Source: an uncultured Coxiellaceae bacterium
Lineage (GTDB): Bacteria; Pseudomonadota; Gammaproteobacteria; Coxiellales; Coxiellaceae
Assembly (NCBI GenBank): GCA_964348555.1
Contig: CAYGED010000001.1
Span: 1 to 34,230 of the forward strand
Length of the DNA stretch: 34,230 nt
Direction of reading: 5' to 3'
The translations under genes and the position numbers were made by a program. Numbering within the stretch: the stretch's first letter is position 1; each line of letters opens with the position of its first letter. Positions 33,605 through 34,230 of the stretch are shown here, one piece after another. Under the pieces are notes generated by a model, which was not told the DNA's origin, did no database searches, and saw only the letters and a list, made by a program, of their open reading frames with translations.

Positions 33605-33796
33605 GCCCTTACGATACACTACCGATCCATCACGCCATTCGCCCAGATAAAAGCTTTTCACTAATTTTAAAGGATCTAAACAAAGGATATTTGCCCATAC
33701 GTGGCGGCTCTTATCAAATGCAGAAAGCGCATCTTCTAGGGTTTCAAACTTGCCTTGCAAATCATCAGCGCCAATCAAGTACCGTGCTGCATGTAA

Positions 33797-34174
33797 TCAA
33801 TTAAACAGAATCGAGCAATCGAAATCTGTATTGTATAAAACCTGCTCAAGAATATCGATTTTGCTCAAATCGATTTTTGTTTCTTCTTTTCCGTCAAATC
33901 CTTCTTTAATCGTTGCTCCATGCCCGGCTTCTCTCATTTCATTAACAGTTAATGAAGTGCTTGATATTCTCACTATCTCAGAATCATTAACATCTGCACC
34001 GCCTTCAAATTTATTCAAATACATTCTTTTAACAGTATCGCTGCTAGCGACAAATCTTGCACCGGTATATGCGTTTTCCCATGTTGCAAATTCAAATCCT
34101 TCTGTTTCCATCCGCGCGTTAACAGTTTTCAATGCTTTATTAACGTCTCCGGTCCATTTTAGCAGTTTGCTCAT
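33797..34174 (-). CDS. hypothetical protein (125 aa), opposite-strand accessory gene
   Basis: ATG 34174 (MSKLLKWTGDV...) with AGGAGAG 5 nt upstream. AT-rich. Transcribed against the right operon. No family recognised. Confidence 0.55.
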   Translation of the reverse strand: MSKLLKWTGDVNKALKTVNARMETEGFEFATWENAYTGARFVASSDTVKRMYLNKFEGGADVNDSEIVRISSTSLTVNEMREAGHGATIKEGFDGKEETKIDLSKIDILEQVLYNTDFDCSILFN

Positions 34175-34230
34175 TTCATCTCTCCTGGTTTTTGGCTTCG
34201 CGTTATTGCTAACCACGCAATCAATTATAC

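Noticed and set aside
33581-33778. 65-aa minus-strand ORF downstream of the 125-aa gene
   Set aside because: It has a TTG start only, no internal Met and no RBS. I kept it as a doubtful part of the cassette in the findings rather than as a feature.

Overview
This 34.2-kb window looks like most of a siphovirus-type, lambdoid-organised phage or prophage genome. All family names are recalled from sequence motifs; no search was run.

Layout:
- 23-20484 (+): one tightly coupled late operon. It runs portal, MuF-like protein, scaffold, major capsid, connector/neck proteins, tail tube, G/GT chaperone with a -1 slippery site, 1558-aa tape measure and tail-tip/fibre proteins. The fibre set includes a receptor-binding candidate with three LamG-like repeats. 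A lysis cassette follows: holin, GH24 endolysin, a small membrane protein, and an i-spanin with a fully embedded o-spanin.
- 25796-20485 (-): the early-left operon. It holds a frameshifted small conserved gene, low-complexity and single-TM micro-ORFs, RecT, a YqaJ-type exonuclease with a long C-terminal extension, and an AT-rich moron-like tail of secreted/membrane proteins.
- 25797-26151: ORF-free divergent control region.
- 26152-33580 (+): the early-right operon. It runs Cro/YdaS-like HTH, ParB-like protein, SF2 helicase, Toprim primase and nin-like genes (DUF551, DUF1367-like, HNH/Ref-like, RusA).
- 33581-34230 (-): an opposite-strand cassette at the right edge.

I found no terminase, integrase, CI-type repressor, tRNA, rRNA, CRISPR array or IS element in the window.

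Best candidates for something undescribed:
1. A strand-specific structured RNA (26472-26654) closed by a 23-bp helix whose only imperfections are G:U pairs in the plus sense.
2. An 11-copy hexamer repeat (25317-25382), open in all three minus-strand frames, carrying two overlapping low-complexity micro-ORFs.
3. A repressor-less control region with a long GC-rich leftward leader, and a GC-rich ORF-less island (30911-31177) after a bidirectional terminator.
4. Two AT-rich accessory gene clusters of unknown function (20485-21905 and 33581-34230).

None of these can be assigned a function from sequence alone.
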